64,000 nucleotides of DNA, from assembly GCF_009914755.1 (NCBI RefSeq), contig NC_060944.1; one strand, written 5' to 3'. The stretch is from the human T2T-CHM13v2.0 reference genome, Homo sapiens. Shown here in pieces: positions 1 to 16,513 of the stretch; positions within the stretch are counted from its first letter, which is position 1; every line of letters begins with the position of its first letter. The position numbers and the translations under genes are program-made. A model generated the notes under the pieces. That model did no database searches. It had not been told where the DNA came from and saw only the letters and a list, made by a program, of their open reading frames with translations.

Positions 1-151
1 GGCATGATCTTTGTTCTATGTGTTTAAAAGTCTCAAATGAGTTACTGGGATGTAAAAAATATATTCGCACATGAGTTTGGTACAGTTCGGTGATTTTTTT
101 TTTTTTTTTGAAAGAAAGAAAGGTTTCCAAGGCTTGACACTGTCCTGTGGG

Positions 152-594
152 TGTGGTCAATTAATTGCATTATTGGTCCCGACTCTTTACACCTACCCTT
201 TGCCATGTAGCCTGGTAGTGGCCTCTCACTATGACACTAGGATTTCCCATGTGATGTTCTTTGGCCAATAGGTGCAAGCAAAGGTTTGAAGAGCACTGGG
301 GAGTTGGGATTGTTTGCTCATATCTCTGCTTTCATGATGACAGTGTGCCTTGGTTAGCCTGGGGAGAATGAGTGTCACATGGTCCAAGCACCACTATTGC
401 CACAGCTGATGATAAGTCAGATAACTGCCAGATTTAAGTGGGCCCAGAGGAGACCAGAAGAATCACCCAGCTGAACCCAGCCTAAATTGCTGACACATTA
501 ACTCATGAGCTAAATAAATGCTTATTGCTTTAAGCCACTAAGTTCCGGGGAGGTTTGTTGTGTAGCATTATTGTGGCAATTCATAACCAAGACA
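152..594 (+). mobile_element. MaLR solo LTR, MLT1H-like
   Basis: MLT1 3' motifs gagaccagaagaatcacccagctgaacccagcc...aaataaatgcttattgctttaagccactaagt...tgtggcaat...aca. Confidence 0.8.
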
Positions 595-1009
595 TCTTTA
601 AAGCATTAGGGACATTTTGGGAAGGGCTGTAAGAGTTAAATATGTTGGCTTTATAGGCAGTTGTACCTTACACAGTTTAACTCAGAAGTTACTCAGTAAT
701 CACCCATTTATGCATGTGTATGTCTTATTCAAAGATGTGTGCAACAGTACCATTTTAAGTATATATGTGTGTCTTTATGCCTTTTGCCTTGCCCCAAAAT
801 GGGAGTGCCCTCAGATGGATCACATCCCACCAGTGGGAGCTGGTTTCTGTTTCACATGTGTAATAGTTATTGGGGGTTTTAGGAATGGGTTTTTCTATGT
901 TTGGTGTAATTAAGTGATTAAAGACTACATCCACCAGATTCCTGTGTAACTTCCTTACAGTAGTTTATGACCATGTTGGGGTTGTTTCCTACAGTTCTGA
1001 TGGGAAATC

Positions 1010-1185
1010 ATATGTGACTAAATTTAAGTTAATTATAATTAAATAAAATTAAGAATTCCATTTATCATTTGCACCAGCCATGTGTTAAATGCTCAGTAGC
1101 CACATACAGCTAGTGGCCACTGCTTTGGCCAGCACAGATACAGAACACTTTTGTTACCTCAGAAAATTCTATCCGGCAGTGTTGG
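1010..1185 (-). mobile_element. MER3 (hAT-Charlie MITE)
   Basis: Reverse complement matches the remembered MER3 core (gctcagtagccacat..gctagtggc, AT-rich aattaaataaaatt block). Confidence 0.75.
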
Positions 1186-2589
1186 TCTCAATGCTTAGTT
1201 CACATTTTTTATTTACAGAATCTTTTCTGCCTAAACTTCTAGTTTCTGCTGACCAGTTGCTTATGACAGATCCTCACTCTGGACCTCCCAGGAAAAATAT
1301 TATTGTTCCCCAGTTTATTATATAAAACTCAAGCTAGCCTGTTTTGACACCTACATCATTGAATGTTCTCTTAGTTTACAGGTCACAGAGCTAGCCATTA
1401 AAGTGGAGTTTTTATTTTACAGAGGGAGTATCCATTCTGCCAGGGCAGAGTGAGGCTGTGGGAGGGAGTGATGGCCTCTGAGGAAACCCCCAGCCTGAGT
1501 TGTGAAAACCCCAGCAAAACCTGAGGGGAGAAAAGGAGAAGAAACCAAGGCACAGGAAAGGAATTTTGGGCAAAATCAGGAAATGCCCAGGTACCACTGT
1601 ACAAGGTTCCCTTGTGTTTATCCTCCCACTTCCACCCCACTTTAGCTAGGATTTACTAGAGGGGACAGCCTGTCTCTGCTTTCTGGTTTCCTCAAAGGAT
1701 TTTCCTCCAGTTTGTCTCCACACTCACTCAGATGGGGTGACGTTTCTGGATGATTAATCTAGGGAGTATAAACTAAGCTCCTCCATGTCTGGAACTTTCC
1801 CTGGGTGGGCCCCTCACTACCAGCCTTATGTTCAGAGGCCACCCAAGGAGGGTGACTGATGGGTGGGCGGGCACTCTTCTTTGTATTGTGGGGTTTAGTT
1901 GCAGGCCCATTGGGCCCTCATGTTGAGTCTTTTCTTTCAAAAATACTTCTGTCAGGGATAAAGGCAAAATTTTGGTTTCCATCTGCCATTTTTTTTTTGG
2001 TCTTTTTGTCTTGATTTCTTTGGAATTCAAGTGGGGAAGAAAGATGCTGTTTGTTGGGTGTTCCTGGAGACCTCAAAAGTCTTGGTAAAATGTTTTTCCG
2101 AGGCTGCCGCATGCTTGACTTGGGCTGCATTTGTTCCCAGTTTAGCTTGTGTCTGAACCTCGTAGTCTGAAGTGTATCCAGCTCTATGTTCTTGTGGATT
2201 CTGCTGCATGGTGGTGGAAGGGCTTGATAAAGGCTGATGGCATTTAACTGAGGTTTGAAGGAAGAGCACAGTTTGGGTAAAGATGGAGGACAGGATGCAA
2301 AAAACCTAGAGACAGGAAACTCAAGGAGTGTTCAAAAGGGGAGTGTGAAGCCATCTGGGTTGGACTGAAAGACTCCTGCAGGCACATGTTAAGAGAAAGG
2401 TCTGGAGAGATCAGGATCATCAGCTGGTGATATTTCTCTTCACCTCAAAATCATTGAACATATTTGCTCATTGTCCTTTCTAGACAGGAACAGGAGTCCT
2501 CCACACTCCTTCGAGGTCTGCCTTCCTATCCCCTGCCACCTCCTCCAGCATCTCGTTCCCTTTTGTGTCCGATTTTATGAGAAGGGATA

Positions 2590-2790
2590 ACCTTACTGAG
2601 CATTTATCTGTGTTGGACACTTTCTATGGATTATCTTATTTTATCTTTAGAGCAACAACCTGTGACACAGGTAATATGATCCTCTCTTTGTAGGTGGAGC
2701 ATTAGAGGCACCAAGTGGATAGGCAGCCTGTCCAAAGTCACACTGCTGGGGTTTAAACCAAGGCCAGGGTGAAGCTCTTAACTACACTAC
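2590..2790 (-). mobile_element. MIR
   Basis: Diverged MIR core: tactgagcatt...aacaacctgtga..caggtaatatgatcc...tccaaagtcacac. Confidence 0.6.
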
Positions 2791-3348
2791 AGCTTCTTCC
2801 TATTTCTCTTGTAATTTCTTTCTTGTTTTACACTCCCCTTCTGCATATAAAGATGTTCACATGTCCTTTCTCCTAAGAAACAAGAACTTCTTTTAACTGT
2901 TCCATCTCCTCAAGCTTTCCTCTGCCTCTCTCCTCTCTGTTCCTGCCAAATTCCTTGAGGAGTCTGCTAAGGGACACTTCTTCCCCACCATCACCTCCAT
3001 TTTGCTGCTGGAACGTGTGGCATTCAGTGATGGCTCTCTCTTTATTCCCACTTTTGCAGTTGTCCTGTAGATTTGACTATTTTGACCATTTGTCTTCCTT
3101 CTGTCCTTCTTTCCTCTTGGCTTTCTTTAAACTCAAACTTTCAGGTCTTTCTCTCTGCCTGATCATTCTACCTGTTCTGAAAGCCTTCCTTGCTCCTCCT
3201 CCTTCCCTATCAATGTCTCACCCAGGGCTTTTAATGCATCAGAGAGCCAAGTCCTGATGGATCCTAAAAGGCTGAACACAAATGTCTTCCAGGAAACGTC
3301 CTTTGATTCACCTCCCTCTTCCTGAACTCTCTTGCAATGTGTGTATTT

Positions 3349-3874
3349 TGTATCTGTTATCTATTGCTTCTAACAAGTTACCCCCACACTCATCAGCTTA
3401 AACATCAAACATTTATTATCTCACAGTTTCCATGAATCATACATTTTGGAGAGGCTTAGCTTGGTGGCTCTGTATTAGAGTCTTGATTGAGGTTGCAATT
3501 GAGATGTTGGCTGCAGTCACCTGAAGGTTTGACTGGGGCTGGAGGATTGTCTTCCAAGATGGCTCCCTCCATGACTGTTGGCAGGAGGCCTCAGCTCCTC
3601 ACCACATGGAAGTCTCCAAGGAGATGCTGCTTGGGAATCCTTAAACATGGCTTTTGGTTTCATCTAGAGTGAGTGATTCAAGAAGAAGCAAATAGGAAAC
3701 CACAGTGCTTTTTATGTCCTAATCTTGGGGGTTATATACCCTCACTTCTGCCATACTCTATTTGTTAGAAATAAATCACTAAGTACAACCTACCTTTAAG
3801 GAAGAGGAATTAGGTTCTACTTTTTGAAGGTAGAAGTATGGAAGAATTTGTGAACATATTTTAAAGCCACCATA
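3349..3874 (-). mobile_element. MaLR solo LTR, MLT1F/G-like
   Basis: Antisense MLT1 signature: gttatctattgct..taacaagttacccc...atttattatctcacagtttc...ccaagatggctc...ttaaagccacca. Confidence 0.8.
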
Positions 3875-3989
3875 TGTATTCCTCTCATGGCACTTATAAT
3901 AGGTTGCCTTCTATCTTAGATGTTTATGTATATGTTTTTCTCAATTCTGCTAGCTATAAGCTGCTTCTTAGACATATTTCCTTTGTATA

Positions 3990-5390
<1,401 letters not shown>

Positions 5391-5782
5391 TGCCTTTTGT
5401 TTTTGTGTGTATTTCCAGCCCAGTGCTTTCCACACACTAGGTACTTAGTAAATATTTGTTGGATGAATGCATATGGAGGCAAACTTCATATTGTCCAAAT
5501 TCTTGTGGCATTTCTGGTGAAATATAGTGAAGAAAAGATCTCGGGAATTCTGGAACATTTCCTCTGTATACCTGACTTTTGGAAAGGGGTCACCAGGGGT
5601 CAGGCAGGTTATGACTAGGAGCTGTTGGAATGGGAACCCCTGCCTGCCTGAAGCAAGCAGCAACTTTGTTTTCAAAACTGGCTAATTGTCACCAGATGAA
5701 GGTTCAGATCCTTCTAGTGTAAGAACAGCCAGAAATCTGGATCTTAAAATTTGACATCTCTCCCTTTTTACATGTCAGTAGC

Positions 5783-6200
5783 TATGGCAGGTTGCATTTT
5801 CAGTCCCAATTTTGATCCTCTCGCTGCCTCTCACCCAGTTATGGCTTCATCATGGACAGAGAGTGTGTCCTAAATCTTCGACTTTAAGCCTGGCTCTGAG
5901 CTTTGCTTTTGCCATTGGTGCATGGGCAGAATGGCTGTGAGCCAGTGCTGGGCCTTAAGAGGTCATGTGTGTTTCCGCTGCTGCTCTTATGCTGCTGTCA
6001 TCGTCATGGAAAGAACACACCTGGCTGTCCCAGAGAACAGACGAGCAACACGTGTGTCCCAGAAGAGCTGCCTAGCCAGTCTCAGCCCAGGTCTGTATTT
6101 CTGACAGACCTGTGAGAAATAAACAGTGAATGTTACATGCTGCTGAGATTTTGTGGTTGGTTTGTTTCGCTTCATAATGTAGCAAGAATTAACTGATGTA
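5783..6200 (+). mobile_element. MaLR solo LTR, MLT1I/J-like
   Basis: ggccttaagaggtcatgtgtgtttc...gtgagaaataaac...ctgagattttgtggttg...tagcaagaattaactgat. Confidence 0.7.
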
Positions 6201-6379
6201 AGAAGGAACTAAAAAGCTAAAATTTATGCATCATAATGCGATAATAGCAGTTGGTACTAATATGGAAACTAATTTAAAAAATAAAAATCCAGTATTCTAG
6301 ATTTGGCTGTGACTTCTGCTTTAGAAAGAGCTCAGACCAGTAGCAATGCAAATCTGCCCACACATCTTTTTGCTTTTCA

Positions 6380-7530
<1,151 letters not shown>

Positions 7531-7709
7531 TTTCTCTAATGAGAGAAGCACCCACTTATAAGAGAGAAACTCATGAAGGGGGTGGAAATCTCTTTCTTTA
7601 AAGATATATTTTATGTCTTAATACATAATAACAATTCAACAACAAACATTATTCCAGAAGGATCAGGTGAAACAAAAATTTTGGTTTTGAAATGTCCAAA
7701 CCCATAAAC

Positions 7710-7880
7710 TCTTGGGTTCAAAGTAGTTAGCTATGTGCCTTTGGACAAGCTACTCAGCCTCTCAATTTCCTCATTTCTAAGGTGAGAACAATGTTAGTAA
7801 CTACCCCAGAATATTATGAGGTTTAAAGGGCTTTACTACAGTGCTTGGAGGATTGTTATAGCTCAGTAAATATTAACAAC
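7710..7880 (+). mobile_element. MIR
   Basis: tgggttcaaa...gctatgtgcctttggacaag..ctcagcctctcaatttcctcatt...gctcagtaaatatta. Confidence 0.6.
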
Positions 7881-7951
7881 AATAATAATAATATCAACAA
7901 TTGGCTCAGTTGTTAAATACTTCAGTATTTTAAAAAACCTATAAAACAGCA

Positions 7952-8616
7952 TAAGCTTATGTCCACACAAAATTTTGCACACAAGTGTTTATAGCAGCTT
8001 TTTAAATAACTGGCAAAAGCTGGAAGTTACCAAGATGTTCTTCAGTAGGTGAATAGATAAACTGTGTTGTAGCCATATGATATTATTTAGTGATGAAAAG
8101 AAATGAGCTATCAAGATACGAAAAGACATGGAGAAAACTTAAAATGCACATTGCTAAGTGAAAGAAGCCAATCTGAAAAGGCCACATCCTGTACGATTCC
8201 GCTATATGATATTCTGTAAAGGGCCAAACTTTAGACAGTGAAAAGATAAGTGATTGCCAGAGGTTAGGGAGGAGGGAAGGATGAATAGACAGAGTTCCGA
8301 GGATTTTTAGGGCAGTGAAGCTGCTCTGTATGATACTGTAGTGGTGGATACATGACATTATGCATTCGGCAAAGCCCATGTAATGTACCTCACTAAGTGT
8401 GAACCTTAACACATTAACTGTGGACCTTAATTAAAAATAATGTATCAATATGGGCTCATCAGTTGTAACAAATGTACCACACTGATGCAAGATATTAAAA
8501 ATAGGGGAAACTAAGCAGGGGAGCAGGGAGATGAAGTGTTTCAGAACTTTCCATGCTTCTCAAATGTTCTATAAACCTAAAACTGCTCTAAAGAATAAAG
8601 TCTATTAATAAAAAAG
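7952..8616 (+). mobile_element. L1MC-like 3' end
   Basis: tatgtccacacaaaa...ctaagtgaaagaagccaatctgaaaaggc...gtaacaaatgtaccacactgatgcaagat...aataaagtctattaa. Confidence 0.85.
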
Positions 8617-8699
8617 CAAATGAAGAAAAAAATAAAACATTTTTACTTGAAAATGTTTAAATTAAATGTTTCTTCTCAGTTTGAATCATGTTTTTCCCA

Positions 8700-8701
<2 letters not shown>

Positions 8702-8734
<33 letters not shown>
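8702..8734 (+). repeat. (TG)n microsatellite
   Basis: About 16 TG units seen directly. Confidence 0.95.
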
Positions 8735-8736
<2 letters not shown>

Positions 8737-8904
8737 GTAAACTTTAACCTAAAGACAAATTACGAGATAGTTTTTATTTTCAAACCAGCGAGAATGCAAC
8801 AGGTATGTGGGGGATCATATTTATCTATATCTATATCGTCTATAACTATATCTATATCTATCATCTATCTCTATCTAATCTCTCTATCTTCGTGTTGTAG
8901 TTCA

Positions 8905-9062
8905 GCATATTCCACATTTTAATGAGCAGAGGAATCATTGGGCATCTTGTTAAAATGTGGACACCAATTAAGCAGGTCTGCGTGGGATCTGAGATTCCAT
9001 ATTTCTAACCAGCTCCCAGGGATGCCACTGATGCTGGTCCACAAACATTTTAAGTAGCAAGT
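8905..9062. mobile_element. MER5A (hAT-Charlie)
   Basis: gaatcattgggcatcttgttaaaatg...atttctaaccagctcccagggatgc..tgatgctggtcc. Confidence 0.65.
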
Positions 9063-9280
9063 GTGTAGACAAAAGCAACTGAGTGTGTGGAGCCTGACTC
9101 AGGTAGGGAACATTATGTCATCATCTCAGCCAAGCCCTAGCACTGAATGTGTCTGTCTGTCTGCTGTGTGGAAAGACTGCAGGCTGTAACTTCAGTAAGA
9201 TTTGTCTGTTTAAGTACTGAAGACTTTGCCCATAAGGACTGGTTTGCAAGCCCAGCTATTACTTTTTTTGGACTTTACCA

Positions 9281-9671
9281 CAGTCAGTTAGGGCCACAGT
9301 AATGCTGAGTAACAAACCACTTAAAAGCTCAGAGGATTAAAATGAGCAGAATTTATTCTCGTGGGTCTACATGGTAATTTCCTGCTTGACTGATTTAGGT
9401 CAGCTCCACACGTGTCTCATCCTTCCTGGACCAGCAGCTCCCTAGGGCATGACCTTGTCATGGCCATGGCAGAAGCACAAGCATGAAAGCCCCACTGCGC
9501 AAGGACATTTCAAGCCTCTGCTCACATCATGTCCGATAACATCCCGCTGGCCAAAGCAAACCCCACAGACACAGCCACCTTCACAAGGGTGGGTAATTTT
9601 GCTCCACTTACGACTACATAATAATCCCACTACAGGTGTGATGGATTAAGACCTGTAATTTGACCTATCAC
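9281..9671 (-). mobile_element. MaLR solo LTR, MLT1I/J-like
   Basis: gtcagttag...gtaacaaaccac...catttcaagcctctgctcacatcatgtcc..taacatcccgctggccaaagcaa. Confidence 0.7.
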
Positions 9672-9875
9672 AGTCTTTGCATCAACAGAGTAAGAGGTGA
9701 AATTCTACTTAGATAAGAGCCTCACCCACAGTAATACATGCCATTTCCTGAAGCCATATCAAATATAAAAAAATTTTTCACCACTGCCTCTGAACAGGTT
9801 TCCTGTTGCTGCTGTCACTGTCTTAGAACTCAAAGATATGTGGGCTGCAGACATATATGCGTACATATAGAATGA

Positions 9876-10311
9876 TGCTGTAGTTGGAATGTGTGTTTCC
9901 TCCACATCTCATGTTGAAATCTGATATCCAGTGTTAGAGGTGGGGCCTAATGAGAGGTGGCTGAGTCATGGGGATGGATCTTCATGAAGAGAGGATAACC
10001 TCATAAAGAGATTAATGCCTTCCCTTTTCGGGGATGAGGCGAGTGAGTTATTGCTCTGTTAATTCCTGAGAAAGCTGGTTGTTACAAACAGCCTGGCACC
10101 TTCCCCCGCCTTGCTGCCCCCATGTGATCTCTGTACACACTGGTTCCCCTTTGCCTTCTGCCATGAATGGAAGGGGCCTGAGGCCTTCACCAGAAGCAGA
10201 TGCTTCTTGTACAGCCTGCAGAACCATAAGCCAAATAAACCTCTTTTTTTTTTTTCATAAATTATCCAGCCTCAGATATTCCTTCATAGCAACACAAAAC
10301 AGATGAAGATG
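9876..10311 (+). mobile_element. MSTB-like solo LTR
   Basis: tgctgtagttggaatg...ctcatgttgaaatctga...cagcctgcagaaccataagccaaataaacctc; TSD aatga/aatgg. Confidence 0.88.
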
Positions 10312-10360
10312 AATGGTGGAACAACCAACCAACCAACCAAGTGCTGACAAGTGTGCAGAG

Positions 10361-10917
<557 letters not shown>

Positions 10918-11089
10918 CAGAGCAACTAGAATCCTCATGCATTTGCTTGTGGGAATACAAAATGGTACTTTGGAAAACTATTTTGGAGAGCTTCCCAAGT
11001 GGAGGCTTAGTCCAGAAGTCCTTTCCCAAAGCTTGAAAGGACTAGATAGTTACGCAGTTTACTTATTTATTTGAGTTGTTTTTAAAATT

Positions 11090-11400
11090 TTTAAATTTAA
11101 ATTTTTAATTTTAAACACAGTAATTTAGCACAGGTCTCAAGTGTACAGTTGGGAGGTGGGTTAACAAGTGTGCACCCTGTGTAACTACTGCAGTCAAGTT
11201 ACAGGACATTCCCATTATTCTAGAAAGTCCCTGAAAGTCCCCCAACCCTCAGTCCCAGGCAACCATGAATCTGCCTTCTGCCTTCTGTCATTATAGATTA
11301 GTTTGCTTCTTCTAGAACTTCATATAAATGGAAGCAAATGGTGCGTAGTCTTTTATGTCTTCCTGCTATATGCTGTTTGAGTCCATTTCTTTTCTGACAT
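11090..11400 (-). mobile_element. L1ME-like 3' fragment
   Basis: aagtgtacagt...cccaggcaaccatgaatctg...ctagaacttcatataaatgga. Confidence 0.65.
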
Positions 11401-11439
11401 AATGGGGCCAGAGAAATGCCATCCCAAAGCAGATTTTGG

Positions 11440-12155
<716 letters not shown>

Positions 12156-12914
12156 CCAGGAAATGATATAAGTTTCAGACAAGAGGCTTCTGCCTGTTGG
12201 GTGTGTAGAATGGGGATCCTGACGTGCTACCTCATTGTCTTCTTCCGTAAGCAGTTATTATCAATCTCTTCTCATAGTTGGATTTTTAAACTTGTATGCA
12301 TCTCTCCTGCCCATGTTCTGAGTTTCTGGGAGCAGGGATCACGTATCTGCCCTTCTGTGTATCCCATGCAGGCTCCAGCTCATTATGTTGGGCAGGATTG
12401 GTACTTACCAACCCTCAATTGAACCATCAATCCTGTGAGAATTTCTGGGACCCAGGCCAGGGCTCAGCATTGTTAAAAATGTGACTGGATTCAGCAGGGG
12501 CCAGGGAAGTGGGTGATGGTCCTACTGGAAACCAGATGGCCCACAGAACAAAGATTTTAAGCCTTCAGAGGAGTTCATAAAAGTTGATTTCCCATCTGTG
12601 TCGAGGCTCAGAAGGTATGATGTCTTCTCAATGTGGAGATCCTGGTTTATGCCTCTGGTCTTTGGGTCTTTGGTGGAGACACTTTCAGACCTTCCTCTGG
12701 GGACTCATGGTGACAGCCCCATGCTGCCAGGAAGCAGCCTTCCACCTGACGAGTGAAGAAGAAACCCCAGCTCCTGCTTGTTCATGCTTCTGCACACACT
12801 GCAGATGGCTGTGTGTCTCTCAAGGCAACTGGGGGCTATGGGCCACGTGGCATTCAGCTCCTTAGTACTAAAATGTGTTATATTCAGGTGTGTGCATTGG
12901 TCAACTCTCAGCAA

Positions 12915-13200
12915 ATGTACACTTAAGATTTGTGCATTTCTTTGTGTGTAAATTTTACATGAAAAACTAAAGAAATATTGTACTGTAGTAAATGCTTTGC
13001 ATACTCAAGTGTTTGGGGGCTACTGATACCTGTAATTTACTTTGAAACATAAAAATAAGATAAAAATAAGATGGAGAGCTTCAAACAAGTGTAATATAGT
13101 GCAATGATAGAATATTGGTGAATATTTGAGTGTTGACTGTAGAAATCTTTCAACTTTGCAAAATATGCCTAAAAATTTTAAGAATAAGATGTTGGAAAAA
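12915..13200 (+). mobile_element. L1ME 3' end fragment
   Basis: acttaagatttgtgcatttc..tgtaaattttac...tttcaactttgc...aataagatgttggaaaaa. Confidence 0.65.
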
Positions 13201-14062
13201 TTGTATTCAATTAAGAAACCATGGAGAGAGTGCACACTCATTACAAACAAAGCAGAATATATAAAGTAAAAGGTGAAAGTCCTTTCCTTCTCCTCTCACT
13301 GCATCTGATACCCAGGTGCAGGCACCTTGTCTGAGGCCCTCACAGCAAGGGTAAACTCGGTGACATAGATTTGTTCCCATTCAGGGGATGGGGGTGGGTG
13401 ACACTTCTTAATCCCATTCCCCTATTCTGTTTGACCCATCTGCCAGCCCGACACCTGTGAGTGAATACACCTGCCCAGGTGCTGGGTTGGCAAGTGGGAG
13501 ATGGATTTGCAAACTTTCAGAAAGAAAGCCCCCAGCCACATTTTGTTCCCAATGAGGAGGCTGGCAAAAAAGGGAAATGACCTTTGTTATTGAAATGTAA
13601 TGACACCAAAGCTCTCAAAAATGATGGGGTTTCTCCTTGTTGCCTTCCGAGGTGCAATGGAAGAAGCTGTGGGTACCTGTGGTGGGCACTTGTCGCTGTG
13701 CAACACCCTTTTCTTTCCTGTTACCCCAACTCCAATTCTGTCCAAGGGACGGGGAGCCCTGCTCAGGGGTGTGAATCCTGATGGACATGTGATTCAGTCC
13801 TTGCCAGTGAGACCAGTGGAGGCCTTGGGACCTTTTCTTTCTGGTAAGCAATAGGTCCAAGGAGAGGTCTTTTTTGTCCCTTTGGCTTGGGCTGCTGTCT
13901 TCTGAGGATGTGATGGAAGGAGCCATGGCAGCCAGGCAGCCGTGAAGTGACAAACTGGGGACAAAAGGCAACACATTGAGGATGGTAGAATGCAAGAGTG
14001 GACACAGCACAGAGGTCTTGGCTGACCTCTCCAAGCCATAGTAGAAAAACCCAATTTTCAGA

Positions 14063-14709
14063 CCTTGGAGGGCCTGTTATAACCCCAGTTGCTGGCATGA
14101 TGGTTCACTTTATGTGTCAACTTGACTGGGCCATGGGATCCCCAGACCAGAGGTAAAACATTATTTCAGAGAGTGTCCATGGAAGCATTTCTAGAAGGAG
14201 GGGACAGCACTTGAATTGGTGGACTGAGTAAGGCAGATGGCCATCCCCAATGTGGGAGGCATCATCCCATCTATTGAGGGTCTTAATGGGACAAAAAGTG
14301 AGGGGAAGGTGGAACTCAGCCTCTCTGCCAGGCCTGAGACATGGATCTTCTCCTGCCTTTGGACATCTGGGGTCCTGGTCCAGGACTTACACCAACCCCC
14401 GCCGCCCCCCAGTCCAGGCCTTCGGACCTGGAATGAATTACACCCCCTGTCTGTGTCCCTTGTTTGCATGTGGGACTTCTTGACCTCCAAAACCATGTGA
14501 CCCAGTTCCTATAATAACTCCTTTCATCTCTCTCTCTATATATCATATTGGTTCTTTTTCTTTGGAGAACCCTGATTAATACAGCCGGGTCCCCTCCCCA
14601 GAGTTTTTGATTCAGCAGATCTGGCATGGGGCCTGAGAATGTGCATTTCTAATGAATCCCTAGGTGGAGTTGATGCCACTGGCCTGGGGACCCCATTTTG
14701 GGACCACTG
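14063..14709 (+). mobile_element. MER5A split by an MLT2 LTR
   Basis: Left piece tggagggcctgttataacccc-agttgctgg (14063-14095); right piece ccccagagtttttgattcagcagatctgg...gcatttctaa...gaccactg (14584-14709). Confidence 0.75.
14096..14583 (+). mobile_element. ERVL solo LTR, MLT2B/D-like
   Basis: tgatggttcactttatgtgtcaacttgactgggcc...ggagaaccctgattaataca; TSD gctgg/gccgg. Confidence 0.88.
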
Positions 14710-15624
14710 AATTGAACCATTATCAGTTTTTATGGTAGTGGTTGTTACTTGAAGCTAAAAGCATCCTATTTAATAAAATGGTTTTGCAATTTTTTATTTT
14801 TAAATTTTAATTTAATTGTATTTCTTAGGGAACAGATCTCCATGCCTCTCACATTCCTTTAAAGCATTTGAAGAATTCAGAAACAAAAAGCTACAAATCT
14901 GCTGGGACCAGATCCTTGGGTCTGAATGGCAACCAAAGGGGAAAGAATCTCAACAGGGCTGAGGAAGATTGTGTCCAGTTGCAGGGTGCGTGTTTTCAAG
15001 ATGCCAATGGGGTGGCAGTCAAGGTAGGAGAAGCAGCCTGCCACGGTGCAGGTAACAAGGCAGTAGTATCTGTTGAGAATTTAAATAATAAAACTGACTA
15101 GACAGTGTCTCTACTTTTATTATTTCTATTGGAGGACAATTCTAAAGAATGTCGTTGGGGAAGTGCTCCCTTGAGTCCTGGCATGTTTTGGATTTCTTAT
15201 GTATGAGCTGTGGAACTGCATTCCCCTCGGACACACTGTGGCAGGAGAATGACAGCCCTATTGGGGACCTGCCTGAATAATTTAGATGGGACGGCGCTGT
15301 CTTTGAGGAAAATGAGATACGGGCAGTGGTGGGGCTCAGTTCTTTGTTGACTGCTTATAGTGAACTTGCTGGGGAATTCCTGCCCTCCTCATTTTAAAAT
15401 CTCTGTGCTGATGTTGTCCATACCTGGTGACCTCATGGCAAGAACATGGTTTTGGAAGACACTGGGCTTTGTTTAACTGCTCAGCTTTGATAACAGCAGC
15501 TCATCCATCTTTGCAAATGTACTTTGAAGCCTTTTTCATTCTTCTGCAACATTCCCAGAAAGAACGAAGTTTCCAGCAACTCCATATAACAGAGCTTTGC
15601 TTACACATAAGAGCAGTTTGGTAT

Positions 15625-16500
15625 AGGAAAGGATACAGGCTCCAACTTGATGAAGCTCCCTATGGCCAAATCTGGGACAATTTAGCAAGGAAATAAACAA
15701 TGATAATAGTAGATTATGACCCACAGAATAAACAAATACCCACAAGTCCATGCTGAGATAAATAAATAATTGAACAAATAAAGAAATGGGAGAGAAGAGG
15801 GCAATTTTCCTTAGAGCAGAATTCCAGTTATTAAATCTCAAGGGAGTAAGAAGCATAGAAGATGACTGCTGGGCCTACCTCACACTGATTGCTGCAGGGA
15901 TGGGCCATGGATGGATGCAACAAGAGTAGGCCAGAGGATGATGCAAAACAGGGCATTTGCAAGGTCTCAAGGCACCTCCCCTAAAGATACTAATCACAGA
16001 GGGAAAAACAGTAACTCTACAGTGCAGAAGCCTGAAGGAGCCGCTTTAACCAAGTGATCAAGGACAACATCGGCAGAAATGGGACATAACATCATGGACG
16101 CCTGCTATGGCACAGTGGGAAGAGCACAGGTCACCTCTGTGGCATCCTTGTCCCAAATGCATAACCTCCACCTAACCAGGAGAAAGCATCAGGCAGTCCT
16201 CAAAGGAGGGACATTTTTGGGAATAACTGGCCAGTATTCAAGTGTCAAGGTAACGATAGACAAAGATTGAAGAGCTGCCCCAGACTGCAAGGCACTAGGG
16301 AGACCTGCAACCAAATAGATATGGTCTCACATGGTCTGTAGATTAGTTAGTAGTCATGAACCAATGTGAATTTCTCAGATTAGATCACTGTACTGTGATT
16401 ATATAAGATGTTAGTTTTGGGGAAAGCTGGGAGAAGGTTAAACAGGTACTATTTTTGCAAACTTTTTATAAGACTGAAATTATTTCAGAATAAAAAGTAA
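15625..16500 (+). mobile_element. L1MC4-like 3' end
   Basis: gaagctccctatggccaaatctgggacaatttagc...ttaaccaagtgatcaagg...tactatttttgcaact...aataaaaagt. Confidence 0.8.
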
Positions 16501-16513
16501 AGAAATAAACAGG

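Larger units (their letters stand above)
13675..14775 (+). mobile_element. Old MaLR LTR (MLT1K/L-like) split by MER5A and MLT2
   Basis: catgtgattcagtccttgccagtgaga...gagccatggcagcca...aggatggtagaatg; 3' end gttgttacttgaagctaaaagcatcct at ~14740-14770. Confidence 0.55.

Noticed and set aside
1773-2269. Overlapping short minus-strand ORFs
   Set aside because: Low-complexity, unrecognised peptides consistent with chance ORFs
15424-15544. Possible internal minus-strand exon (CAG|AAG...CAG|GTATGG) of the antisense RNA
   Set aside because: Weak acceptor and no supporting evidence without transcript data
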